The notes under the pieces were generated by a model, which did not search any database, had not been told where the DNA came from, and saw nothing but the letters and a program-made list of their open reading frames with translations. Shown here piece by piece: positions 6,922 to 15,496 of a DNA stretch of 17,139 nt (the first letter of the stretch is position 1; each line of letters opens with the position of its first letter). Source of the stretch: an uncultured bacterium (lineage in GTDB: Bacteria; Hydrothermota; UBA3073; NMUJ01); assembly GCA_965612795.1 (NCBI GenBank), contig CBFDTI010000026.1, positions 1 through 17,139 on the forward strand, written 5' to 3'. Made by a program: the position numbers and the translations under genes.

Positions 6922-8775
6922 TCATTTTACTATCACCAGCTTCTGAACAACCTCTTTATATTGGGTTTGTACTTTTACGAAATATATTCCAGATTTAGGC
7001 CTCCAATCAAGTTCAATCTCATGTAGGCCACCCGTTAACCATAACGGCCCTATTTCCCTGATTTTTCTACCAAACGCATCGTAAATCGCTAAGCTGATGC
7101 GTTCAGGTGCAGTAAGCTGTATAACCACTGTATTGGGAGGGTTGAAGCTCACCCATTTCCCACAGTTGATGCACGGGTAACGATCGTATTCCTCCAAAAC
7201 ACCCATATATTCCATAGGTACGGCTATAATCGGTACAAATGTTACGGGTAACTGGTGTTCATCCTCATTAATAAGGTGACCATCTAACCCTGACACAAAC
7301 GCAAAGCTATCCAGTTCACCTGTCAGGGCATAAAAGTCAACCGTATCTACGAACTCACTAAATAGCACATAGATTGGATATGTCTGTAAGAGTGGGCTTG
7401 CCTGCGAAGGTGCACAACGACAATAAGAAGTACCTCCTATAGGTATATTATCTCTGACCCAATAACCGTTAATGGAGTCACCACGTATGATGCTTGGACA
7501 TGCATCAAACTTAGCCACCAGAAGTGTATCATTATCCACGATGAATGTATCAAAATGTGTATTGTGAAGAAATTTGACCAACCCCTTGAGTGGATATGGG
7601 TATGCCGCGAGGTCAAACCCTACCGGCATATACTCGAACGATGAGACACCAGGGTTGTGTTGTTCCCACTCTAAAAACTTGTGATAAATATGTAACGTAG
7701 TGGCCCATACCGCTATTGTGTCACCATATAGGTCAACCCTACCGATGAAATGTTCGTTAAGCCAATTTATGAACCTTTTGAATTCATCACGCCGTTGCTC
7801 AAGATCGTAACCGTTAGAATCTGGGGGCTCAAGATTATACAGATGCATCGTCACCCCTACACACCATAGCTTATCCTGTAAACCTGCATGCTTTATGTAA
7901 CGGCGGTTGAGCCACAACATTATGAAATCCTTCTGCTTTGCCTCTACCGTCTGATCCTGCCAGATGCCGATATGTTCAGCTGTACTGCCGACTACACCAG
8001 CTGTCGGTATACGTATATAAAACTGTTGGCTAAGATCTTCATCCAATATCCCTTCGGTGCCGGGCCGAAATGGGTTCCATACACTTTGGTGGAAGCTACT
8101 AAAGAAGCACTCCTCACCCGGATGGTTGGTTTCAATAAGGAAGCCACGGATCATACCTTGACCAAGCGAGTCAACGAAATTGCCAGCCATCAACCGCCAC
8201 CTCTGTTGTGGTGCAGGCGCATATGCACCACTATACGTGCTGATCAGCGCCTGTGGGGGCAAGAACCCCAGTGATACCTTTACCAAGCTGTCGACCCACC
8301 TTATATGGCTGTTCATACCATGTACGATTGTTGAGCTATCCTGTAAGTAAAGCGCATATGTATCGGCGGGACTACACATGTTGGAAGGTCGTGGCAGCTG
8401 CACATGTATCCACCTACCGTCAGGAGTATGTAGGATAGGGTGTGCATGTACACCAAATGTTAACCCCATGTTATAAGCCGCAAGCAACGTTTGACGTACT
8501 AGTTCAGCAGTAGGGCTAGACATAAGTGAGGTTTCGGCAAAATCACCCTGTATCTGAATGGTCGGTAATGGCCTGTGACCATCGGGTAAGCTATCGAGGT
8601 AATTTACTAACCAGGCTAAATTGCGCACCTTACGTTCGTATGCAAACCCTGGGGGAGCATTTAAATCTTCAATATGGATAACCATATGCACATAAATTGG
8701 CTCCCTATGGGATTGTGACCAAAGATGTCCTACAAGCGAAAATATTGCAAACAAGGTCTTCACTACTTGATGCAT
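6922..8775 (-). CDS. Secreted hypothetical protein with C-terminal T9SS type A/FlgD-like sorting domain; N-terminal domain possibly a deacetylase-like metal-binding barrel
   Basis: Signal-like N-terminus; C-terminus ISLAIYDAFGRKIR...SGIYFVKV...KLVIVK is typical of TIGR04183 sorting domains; His-rich motifs HMVIHIED, FGVHAHP and TMH. SD AAGGAGG 4 nt upstream. Confidence 0.8.
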   Translation of the reverse strand: MHQVVKTLFAIFSLVGHLWSQSHREPIYVHMVIHIEDLNAPPGFAYERKVRNLAWLVNYLDSLPDGHRPLPTIQIQGDFAETSLMSSPTAELVRQTLLAAYNMGLTFGVHAHPILHTPDGRWIHVQLPRPSNMCSPADTYALYLQDSSTIVHGMNSHIRWVDSLVKVSLGFLPPQALISTYSGAYAPAPQQRWRLMAGNFVDSLGQGMIRGFLIETNHPGEECFFSSFHQSVWNPFRPGTEGILDEDLSQQFYIRIPTAGVVGSTAEHIGIWQDQTVEAKQKDFIMLWLNRRYIKHAGLQDKLWCVGVTMHLYNLEPPDSNGYDLEQRRDEFKRFINWLNEHFIGRVDLYGDTIAVWATTLHIYHKFLEWEQHNPGVSSFEYMPVGFDLAAYPYPLKGLVKFLHNTHFDTFIVDNDTLLVAKFDACPSIIRGDSINGYWVRDNIPIGGTSYCRCAPSQASPLLQTYPIYVLFSEFVDTVDFYALTGELDSFAFVSGLDGHLINEDEHQLPVTFVPIIAVPMEYMGVLEEYDRYPCINCGKWVSFNPPNTVVIQLTAPERISLAIYDAFGRKIREIGPLWLTGGLHEIELDWRPKSGIYFVKVQTQYKEVVQKLVIVK

Positions 8776-8797
8776 GCGCCCTCCTTTTTACGATCTC

Positions 8798-8824
8798 ATC
8801 CTAGAGCTAACATGTAATTGTGAG
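8798..8824 (-). promoter_or_regulatory. Weaker promoter candidate CTCACA-N15-TAGGAT
   Basis: Minus strand reads CTCACA attacatgttagctc TAGGAT gagatcgtaaaAAGGAGG; same 15-nt spacer as the other promoters. Confidence 0.35.
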
Positions 8825-8828
8825 ATAA

Positions 8829-10061
8829 CTAATAGAGTAAATAGTGCTCTCTTAATCGCATGAAGGTTGTTAACTTGTTCCGTGCTTCAGGTAATGCATA
8901 CCACTCTTCCAATATCTCAGAGGCAGATTTACCTGCCATTATCGCATCCACTAAGTATGTACCGCCTACTGCCCAGTTGAACCCCGGGGAATGTTCAAAG
9001 TCCAATCTACCTGGGTAAAGTTTGTTGATTGCCTCAAGTATGTGTATAGCGGTGGCTACGGGTTTGAATGCACGTTTATCTGTAAGATGTAACTCCACAC
9101 CCTCACACACTTCACCTACATAGCGGAAATAAAAAGGTTTGTAGTATATTGGCCTAAAGTATACGCCGGGTAAGTTACGTGAATTGAGTTCATCTGCCAA
9201 CGAGGTTGCATCTATCCAGGGTGCACCCACTATTTCGAACGGCTTAGTGTAACCTACACCTTCACTCAGGTTTTTGATCTCACCCAACAACCCCGTACCT
9301 GCATAACAGAGCGCCGCATCCGGTGTAGGGATATGGGGTGAGGTTAATACCCATTCCAATCCCGTATCTTCCCATAGCATATCGCGGGACCATCCTTTCA
9401 TCGGTATCACGATGAGTTTCACTCCTATGTTGAGCACATCGTTAAAGTACAACGCAAGCTCACCAATAGTCATACCATGTACAATGGGTAACACATTATA
9501 TGCAGGGAACCTATCATCTCTTATCTCCGGTAACGTACCTTCAACATTTATACCACCAAGTGGGTTAGGTCTATCGAGTACCATAAACTCTATACCAGCA
9601 TCATGTGCTGCCTCCATTGCAAGCTCCATCGTGTATACATATGTATACGCACGTGAGCCCACATCCTGTATGTCAAATATTAAGATATCTATATTTTCCA
9701 ACATCTCCTTTGTGGGTTTCATCCTATCACCGTACAGGCTGTAGACGGGTAACCCTGTGACTTCGTCTATGTAATCTTTAACCTTTGCACCTGCTGGCAG
9801 TTCACCCCTTATACCGTGTTCAGGTGCAAACAGTGCAACCAGCTTCACATCAGGGTGTTGGTAAAGCAGGTCGACAGTTGACTGAAGCTTACTGTTGACA
9901 CTCGTCTGGTTTGCTATCAAGCCAACCCGTTTGCCACGAATCAGGTCGAGCTTCTCCTCGAGCAGCACGTCGATACCTAGTTTAACTTTTGGCATCTTAT
10001 GCATGTTGCCTCCAATTCCGTTTAAAATACACCATATCACAAGCATTAACACGTTAAGCAT
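8829..10061 (-). CDS. namZ: DUF1343 exo-beta-N-acetylmuramidase NamZ family
   Basis: VKLGIDVL, GKRVGLIANQTS, LFAPEHGIRG, LPVYSLYG, FDIQDVGSRAYTY, VLDRPNPLGG, HGMTIGELA, TSPHIP, SEGVGYTKPFEIVGAPW. An alternative start exists at ATG 10004. Confidence 0.92.
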   Translation of the reverse strand: MLNVLMLVIWCILNGIGGNMHKMPKVKLGIDVLLEEKLDLIRGKRVGLIANQTSVNSKLQSTVDLLYQHPDVKLVALFAPEHGIRGELPAGAKVKDYIDEVTGLPVYSLYGDRMKPTKEMLENIDILIFDIQDVGSRAYTYVYTMELAMEAAHDAGIEFMVLDRPNPLGGINVEGTLPEIRDDRFPAYNVLPIVHGMTIGELALYFNDVLNIGVKLIVIPMKGWSRDMLWEDTGLEWVLTSPHIPTPDAALCYAGTGLLGEIKNLSEGVGYTKPFEIVGAPWIDATSLADELNSRNLPGVYFRPIYYKPFYFRYVGEVCEGVELHLTDKRAFKPVATAIHILEAINKLYPGRLDFEHSPGFNWAVGGTYLVDAIMAGKSASEILEEWYALPEARNKLTTFMRLREHYLLY

Positions 10062-11508
10062 TGTGGGTTACTCCACGTTTAGGTTTAAATAGTAATCCCA
10101 CAGTAAACGTCCAAACCGCACCTATAACTACCAGCCACGGCCATGCCACCCCTATACGCTGTTGTGATACAAACAGAATCAATATCACAACTATACTTGA
10201 TAGCATCGCAATTATATTACCGATGTCTGAACCGCGTTTCACGAGCACACCCAGTAGAAATACGCCTAATAATGCACCATATGTGAATACACCGATCTTA
10301 AACCCTAACCATAGTATTTGCTCCACATTGCGACACACCATAGCGATACCGATAAGTATCAAGCAGAATAGGATCACTGTCATGCGTGAGACCATTAGAT
10401 AATGACGCTCAGATGCATGTTTCTTGATGTAGGGTTGATATATATCAACTATAGCGCTGGAGGTGAGTGCACCAAGTGCTGAATCGAGGCTCGACATAGC
10501 GGCTGCAAATACGGCCGCTATCAGTAATCCACGCATACCAACCGGTAACTGTGTCACTATAAAATATGGAAAGATATGATCTGTATTGGCTGGCAACCCC
10601 GGATCCGGGAATTTCTGGTAGAACACATATAGTAATGCACCGATCGTCAAAAACGTTATAACTACTGGGAAATCGATGATACCAGTCATAATGAGTGCAC
10701 GTTGGCTATCACGTACGTGTCGACATGTGAGCATCCTCTGAGTGAGATCCTGATCCGTACCAAGTGCAGCAAATGTTAGGAAACATCCGTTAACCACACC
10801 TGCAACCAACCAGCGTGGGTTGCTGAATGCTGGCCGTAGATCGAACACCTTAAACTTGCCCAGCTTACCCGCTATAGTGGTGACAGTTTGCCAGCCACCT
10901 GGTATGTTAGATAGGAGGTAATATATCACTAACCATGCGCCTCCCAAAAACACTATTATTTGGACGACATCTGTCCATATTACTGCTTTGATACCACCTA
11001 ACATCGTGTAGAGCATAGCAATACAGGCCATCAGAACAATTGCCCACATTAGTGGCCAGCCCGTAACCACGGATACAGCGATAGAGGCTGCCAACAACCG
11101 TACTCCGCTGGCCAGCAACCTCGTAACAAAAAACAATAAGGTTGCTGTGTTACGGGTAGCTGTACCAAACCTTTGATAAAGGTATTGATACACCGTTATC
11201 ACCTTACCGCGGTAGAAGGCTGGCATCAACAGATATGCGATGAGTAACCTTCCCACAAGTGAACCAAACGCAAACTGCAGATATGTGTAGTTAGCTCTAT
11301 ACGCATCCGCTGGTACACCGATAAATGTTAGCGCACTTGCCTCTGTCGCTAGTATTGATAAACAGACCGCACCCCACGGCATGCGGCGGTTGGCGACAAA
11401 GAACCCGTTGATGTTCTTCTCTTTACGGCCGACGGAATAACCCAATGTTGCGATCAAAAGGAAGTAAACTGCTAACACTGCTGCATCTATTATTGATAAA
11501 TGCATCAC
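10054..11508 (-). CDS. Sodium:solute symporter (SSS/SLC5 family)
   Basis: Multi-TM protein with FFVANRRMPW, SILATEASALTFIGVP, YLYQRFG, YTMLGGIKAVIWTD, GTDQDLTQRMLT and AAAMSSLDSAL. Confidence 0.93.
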   Translation of the reverse strand: MMHLSIIDAAVLAVYFLLIATLGYSVGRKEKNINGFFVANRRMPWGAVCLSILATEASALTFIGVPADAYRANYTYLQFAFGSLVGRLLIAYLLMPAFYRGKVITVYQYLYQRFGTATRNTATLLFFVTRLLASGVRLLAASIAVSVVTGWPLMWAIVLMACIAMLYTMLGGIKAVIWTDVVQIIVFLGGAWLVIYYLLSNIPGGWQTVTTIAGKLGKFKVFDLRPAFSNPRWLVAGVVNGCFLTFAALGTDQDLTQRMLTCRHVRDSQRALIMTGIIDFPVVITFLTIGALLYVFYQKFPDPGLPANTDHIFPYFIVTQLPVGMRGLLIAAVFAAAMSSLDSALGALTSSAIVDIYQPYIKKHASERHYLMVSRMTVILFCLILIGIAMVCRNVEQILWLGFKIGVFTYGALLGVFLLGVLVKRGSDIGNIIAMLSSIVVILILFVSQQRIGVAWPWLVVIGAVWTFTVGLLFKPKRGVTHNA

Positions 11509-11512
11509 AGCA

Positions 11513-13138
11513 TCAGTATCGGAAGCTACTACCTCCTATAAACTCACGTATAATAGAAGTCGGTGGTATCTCATCCGGCATTATACCCATGAAATGTGAC
11601 AAAAATGCTAATAACCGGATCGCGTCTTTATACTCGGGTTGACTGCTATCGATACCACGTAGGATGGGTTCAGCGTAACCTTTCAATACTGCCAGCTCAT
11701 ATAGTGAGGCTGAGTTGAACATTACATCAGCTTCCTCCTGGAACGGGAACACATAGTGTTCTTCGCCTCGTACTACTGATGGCCATAACCTAAGTGTCTG
11801 TAGCGCAGTATGCCCACGGAATAGGTTATCACGTACTAACCTGCGCAATAACCGTGTATCACGTGTTGATAACCGTGTAGTGTTATCCATGTTTATCTGT
11901 GTGAGTGCACTTACATAGATCTTCAACTTCGTATGTTCTGATACATCAGCGGCAATTATTGGGTTGAGTGCATGCATACCTTCAATAATGAGCAATGTAT
12001 CTTTGTCGAGTTTCACGTATCTACCCGAAGGGCGACGTTTACCGATACGGAAATCGAACTTCGGTAGTTCCACCGTCTCATTATTTAACATCCTTTGAAG
12101 GTGTGTATTGAATAGCTTTACATCGACTGCTTCGATGCAGTCGTAATCTGGGTTACCTTCTTCGTCGAGTGGTGTCCTATCACGATCGACAAAATAGTCG
12201 TCTAGCGATACCGTGATAGGTTTTAACCCATTAGCCATTAGGTGCACATAGAGTAGTTTCGAAAATGTGGTCTTACCCGAAGAAGATGGCCCTGCCACAA
12301 GCACGAGTTTGACCCTATCCCTATCCTTTGTAATCATATCTGCAATCTCTATCAATCTACGTTCATGTAACGCTTCCTGTACTTTTATGAAATCCGATAT
12401 CTTACCCGAGGCGATGATCTCATTTAGCTCACCAACGGTTTCGACCCTCAATATCTCGGCTTCCTCCTTGGCGTTAGCAAACGCTGTGAATAGCTTCGGT
12501 TGTTCACCGACAACTGCTAATCTATAAGGATTAGATGCATCTGGCGGCGTTATTAAAAAACCGGGTCCGTATCTCTTGAGCTCGTATACCTTGAGATAGC
12601 CAGTACTCGGTACAAGTGGTTCATAAAAATAAGAGTAACAATCCATACACTTGTACAATGGTATCATCTGGAACGGCAAATATTTGATAAGTTTGATCTG
12701 ATCATGGCGACGGCTAGCTTTAAGTAATGCGATTGCCTCTTCTTTTGTCAGGTCGATACGTTCAATAGGTTTATCCTGCATGATAATAGTGTCGAGTTCG
12801 TGTTTAATCCGATTCAGTAGCTGATTGTCTACCTCAATACCGTCGATTTCACAGTATACAGCCTCACCGTATGCGTATTTGACCTTCAATGCCCCCTTTG
12901 GTATGAGTCTATTCACTACTATATGTAGGAGAAACGCTAGACTGCGTTCAAATATGCGTTTACCCTCTGGTGACGTAATTGTGACAGGTTCAACCTTTGC
13001 ATCTGCACGTATCAGCTCATCTAACCCTGTGAGCTGATTGTCTACAAGTGCCCCCACCACGAGGTATGAATCCTTATCACTTATCTGGTTTTTGAGCATA
13101 TCGCGTACCCTTTTATGAGAGGCGTTTGCCTCCATCAC
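11513..13138 (-). CDS. Nucleoside (uridine) kinase with N-terminal TGS/ThrRS-like domain
   Basis: N-terminal ThrRS-like region (ALVDNQL..L, ERSL, YEPLVPSTGYLK); QEALHE; P-loop AGPSSSGKTT; SLDDYF; IIEGMHALN; YVSALTQ; RRLVRD; WPSVVRGE; SIIREFIGGS. Confidence 0.88.
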   Translation of the reverse strand: MMEANASHKRVRDMLKNQISDKDSYLVVGALVDNQLTGLDELIRADAKVEPVTITSPEGKRIFERSLAFLLHIVVNRLIPKGALKVKYAYGEAVYCEIDGIEVDNQLLNRIKHELDTIIMQDKPIERIDLTKEEAIALLKASRRHDQIKLIKYLPFQMIPLYKCMDCYSYFYEPLVPSTGYLKVYELKRYGPGFLITPPDASNPYRLAVVGEQPKLFTAFANAKEEAEILRVETVGELNEIIASGKISDFIKVQEALHERRLIEIADMITKDRDRVKLVLVAGPSSSGKTTFSKLLYVHLMANGLKPITVSLDDYFVDRDRTPLDEEGNPDYDCIEAVDVKLFNTHLQRMLNNETVELPKFDFRIGKRRPSGRYVKLDKDTLLIIEGMHALNPIIAADVSEHTKLKIYVSALTQINMDNTTRLSTRDTRLLRRLVRDNLFRGHTALQTLRLWPSVVRGEEHYVFPFQEEADVMFNSASLYELAVLKGYAEPILRGIDSSQPEYKDAIRLLAFLSHFMGIMPDEIPPTSIIREFIGGSSFRY

Positions 13139-13144
13139 TAACGA

Positions 13145-13171
13145 AATTTAGGGTTAAAGATGGTTTGTCAA
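13145..13171 (-). promoter_or_regulatory. sigma70-like promoter TTGACA-N15-TAAATT for the kinase-SSS-namZ operon
   Basis: Minus strand reads TTGACA aaccatctttaaccc TAAATT tcgtta GTG ATG. It fills the 33-nt intergenic gap and has no SD. Confidence 0.7.
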
Positions 13172-13564
13172 TTACTTATATTTCCAACGTCCAATCCCTA
13201 TTGTATCACCACGTGCAACCATAAAGCAATAATCGACGCCTTTCTTTAGGGGTTTGATTTCACCGAGCTGCATAGCCCCTTGCGGTACATTGCCATAGGT
13301 TATCGGTGACTTTATCGTGTCACCTATTATCAGCCACATGGTCTCCTTACGCATCCATATGCCTTCCCGTAATTGTTCTGTTTTGCTCACCATTACGGTG
13401 TTTACGGGGCCACCTTGCCACGAGATTGTGGGTGCTTCAAGTGCACCTTTTACCTTCACTATAATACTGGTATCGATGTCCTCCATTTTAGTCCATTTTG
13501 CACGTTTGCAACTCACCCCCATAAGTAAGGAGATTATCAACAAAATGGGTAGAAAGTGACGCAT
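13172..13564 (-). CDS. Hypothetical lipoprotein
   Basis: MRHFLPILLIISLLMGVSC signal II with lipobox Cys19; SD AAGGAGG 4 nt upstream. Confidence 0.8.
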   Translation of the reverse strand: MRHFLPILLIISLLMGVSCKRAKWTKMEDIDTSIIVKVKGALEAPTISWQGGPVNTVMVSKTEQLREGIWMRKETMWLIIGDTIKSPITYGNVPQGAMQLGEIKPLKKGVDYCFMVARGDTIGIGRWKYK

Positions 13565-13587
13565 CTTACCTCCTTGGTTGTAGCTAT

Positions 13588-13626
13588 AAAAATAAACTGT
13601 TGGGGTATCCTGTACAGATGTTTATT
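13588..13626 (-). terminator. Possible weak hairpin/terminator after mutL
   Basis: AATAAAC...GTTTATT inverted repeat (13591-13597 / 13620-13626) followed by a short T run on the minus strand. AT-rich and weak. Confidence 0.25.
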
Positions 13627-13628
13627 AG

Positions 13629-15218
13629 TTATCCACGTTCGAACCGTTTTGCCAGCTCTTTAAGTGTTATCCGTATAAGGGTAGGCCTACCATGTGGACA
13701 GAAGAAAGGATTTTGTGTCGCAAATAAGCGATCGATGAGCGCATTCATCTCCTCAGAAGTCAATTCCTGCTTGGCTTTAGTTGCTGCCTTGCATGCGATG
13801 GTTTTACCAATGATTTCGATGTCACGCTTAAGTTTACCTTCTTTATCGAGTTCTAGTAACATCTCCTTAAATGTACGGGTATCGAAATCTTCAAACGCTC
13901 CAGGTACAGCCGTTATCTTAACGGTACGGTGACCAAACTCTTCTATATCGAAGCCAAACTTTACGAGCAGATCGTTTGTTGCTTTGTATACCTCATATTC
14001 ACGTGGTGTAAGGTTAGCCACTACCGGGAACATTAGCCGTCGTGAGGTTGGCTTACTTTTAAGTAGCTGTTCGTATATTATCCGCTCGTGGGCTGCATGC
14101 TGGTCCACTATAATGAGCCCCTGTTTTGTTTGTGCAAATATATACGAGTTATGTAGTTGCCAGAACCTAGCACCTTCGAGTATAAACTCTTCTTCACCAG
14201 CACCAGCAGCCGGTCTGGCGAACCCCTTCACTAACTTTATACGTAATTTATCCCGTATACCATCCACAATAAGGTTGTAAAGGGATTGCTCATCACCGAA
14301 CCGTACCTCATCCTTACGTGGGTGTATGTTTACATCGATCATGGCGGGATCTAACTCTATAAAAATCACGAATGATGGATATTTGGATTTATCATCTAAC
14401 CCATACGCATCCTGTACAGCTTTACGTATGATGTGACTTCTGACCGGGCGACGGTTAACAAATATGAACTCTTGCGGATGTGTGTCCAACATCTCCGGTC
14501 GTGATACGTAACCCCAAACAAGTATATTAGATGCAGAGACCTCGAACGGTTCCAGATGCGACATGAATTCCTCACCTAATAGGTTTGTCAGCCGCGCCTC
14601 CAGCTCATCCGCCATGAGATCCAGTACCACTTCGTCGTCATGCACAAGTTTAAACCCTATTTCAGGGTATGCGATCGCATAGTTGTAAATTTTCCCTAGT
14701 ATGTGGCCAAACTCCGTGCGCTTGGACTTCAGGAATTTGCGTCTTGCAGGTATACGTTCGAAAAGCCGATACACCTTTACAGTTGTACCTACATTACGGG
14801 CTATGTGACGTTTATCAACAATACGTGCGTTCTCCACTCGCAGGTATGTACCTACAGGTTCTTCACGTGCACGTGTGATTATCTCCATATCCGCTACCCT
14901 ACGTATGCTGGCGAGTGCTTCGCCACGGAAGCCAAGTGATGTGAGGTTATCCAGGTCACTTATATCATTTATTTTGCTGGTAGTGTGTGACTCAACCGCC
15001 AGCTCTACCTGATCGGCTGGTATACCATATCCGTTGTCTATTACTTCGATGAGATCTATACCGCCACCTTTCACACGTATCGTAATCTGTGTAGCTTCTG
15101 CATCTATCGAATTCTCAACCAACTCTTTAACACATGAAGCGGGGCGCTCAATAACTTCACCGGCTGCTATTTTATGGATAACGTCTTCACGTAGTGGGAT
15201 GATAGGTTTACGCTCCAT
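13629..15218 (-). CDS. mutL: DNA mismatch repair endonuclease MutL (529 aa)
   Basis: KIAAGEVIERPASCVKELVENSIDA, DNGYGI, TSKI, LGFRGEALASI, PARRKFLKS, DVNIHPRK; endonuclease motifs DQHAAHERIIYE, ACKAA and CPHGRP. The true start is ATG 15218 because the ORF-track extension lies inside tRNA-Gly. Confidence 0.97.
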   Translation of the reverse strand: MERKPIIPLREDVIHKIAAGEVIERPASCVKELVENSIDAEATQITIRVKGGGIDLIEVIDNGYGIPADQVELAVESHTTSKINDISDLDNLTSLGFRGEALASIRRVADMEIITRAREEPVGTYLRVENARIVDKRHIARNVGTTVKVYRLFERIPARRKFLKSKRTEFGHILGKIYNYAIAYPEIGFKLVHDDEVVLDLMADELEARLTNLLGEEFMSHLEPFEVSASNILVWGYVSRPEMLDTHPQEFIFVNRRPVRSHIIRKAVQDAYGLDDKSKYPSFVIFIELDPAMIDVNIHPRKDEVRFGDEQSLYNLIVDGIRDKLRIKLVKGFARPAAGAGEEEFILEGARFWQLHNSYIFAQTKQGLIIVDQHAAHERIIYEQLLKSKPTSRRLMFPVVANLTPREYEVYKATNDLLVKFGFDIEEFGHRTVKITAVPGAFEDFDTRTFKEMLLELDKEGKLKRDIEIIGKTIACKAATKAKQELTSEEMNALIDRLFATQNPFFCPHGRPTLIRITLKELAKRFERG

Positions 15219-15223
15219 AGTAT

Positions 15224-15297
15224 AGCGGGAGACGGGACTCGAACCCGCGACCAGCGGCTTGGAAGGCCGCTGCTCTACCAAACTGAGCTACTCCCGC
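15224..15297 (-). tRNA. tRNA-Gly (TCC)
   Basis: GCGGGAG acceptor stem; anticodon arm GCGGC-CTTCCAA-GCCGC; T-loop TTCGAGT; no encoded CCA. Confidence 0.97.
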
Positions 15298-15298
15298 A

Positions 15299-15381
15299 TG
15301 GGCGGGGGAGGATTCGAACCCCCGAAGGCTTACGCCAGCAGATTTACAGTCTGCCCCCTTTGGCCACTTGGGTACCCGCCC
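15299..15381 (-). tRNA. tRNA-Tyr (GTA)
   Basis: GGGCGGG/CCCGCCC acceptor stem; GCAGA-CTGTAAA-TCTGC anticodon arm; long variable arm; TTCGAAT; discriminator A; no CCA. Confidence 0.97.
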
Positions 15382-15384
15382 AAA

Positions 15385-15456
15385 AGCTGGTGGAGGGATT
15401 CGAACCCCCGACCTGGTGATTACAAATCACCTGCTCTACCACTGAGCTACACCAGC
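15385..15456 (-). tRNA. tRNA-Thr (TGT)
   Basis: GCTGGTG/CACCAGC acceptor stem; GGTGA-TTTGTAA-TCACC anticodon arm; TTCGAAT; no CCA. Confidence 0.97.
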
Positions 15457-15465
15457 TTAATTATT

Positions 15466-15493
15466 ATAATACAACGAACTATGGGTTGGTCAA
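15466..15493 (-). promoter_or_regulatory. tRNA-mutL operon promoter TTGACC-N16-TATTAT
   Basis: Minus strand reads TTGACC aacccatagttcgttg TATTAT aataattaa, then tRNA-Thr. Confidence 0.65.
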
Positions 15494-15496
15494 TAG

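Noticed and set aside
15219..15281. 21-aa N-terminal extension of MutL in the ORF track
   Set aside because: It is read through tRNA-Gly; MutL homology begins at ATG 15218.
15224..15456. tRNA cluster as an integration site or island boundary
   Set aside because: No integrase, no duplicated tRNA 3' end, and housekeeping genes on both sides.
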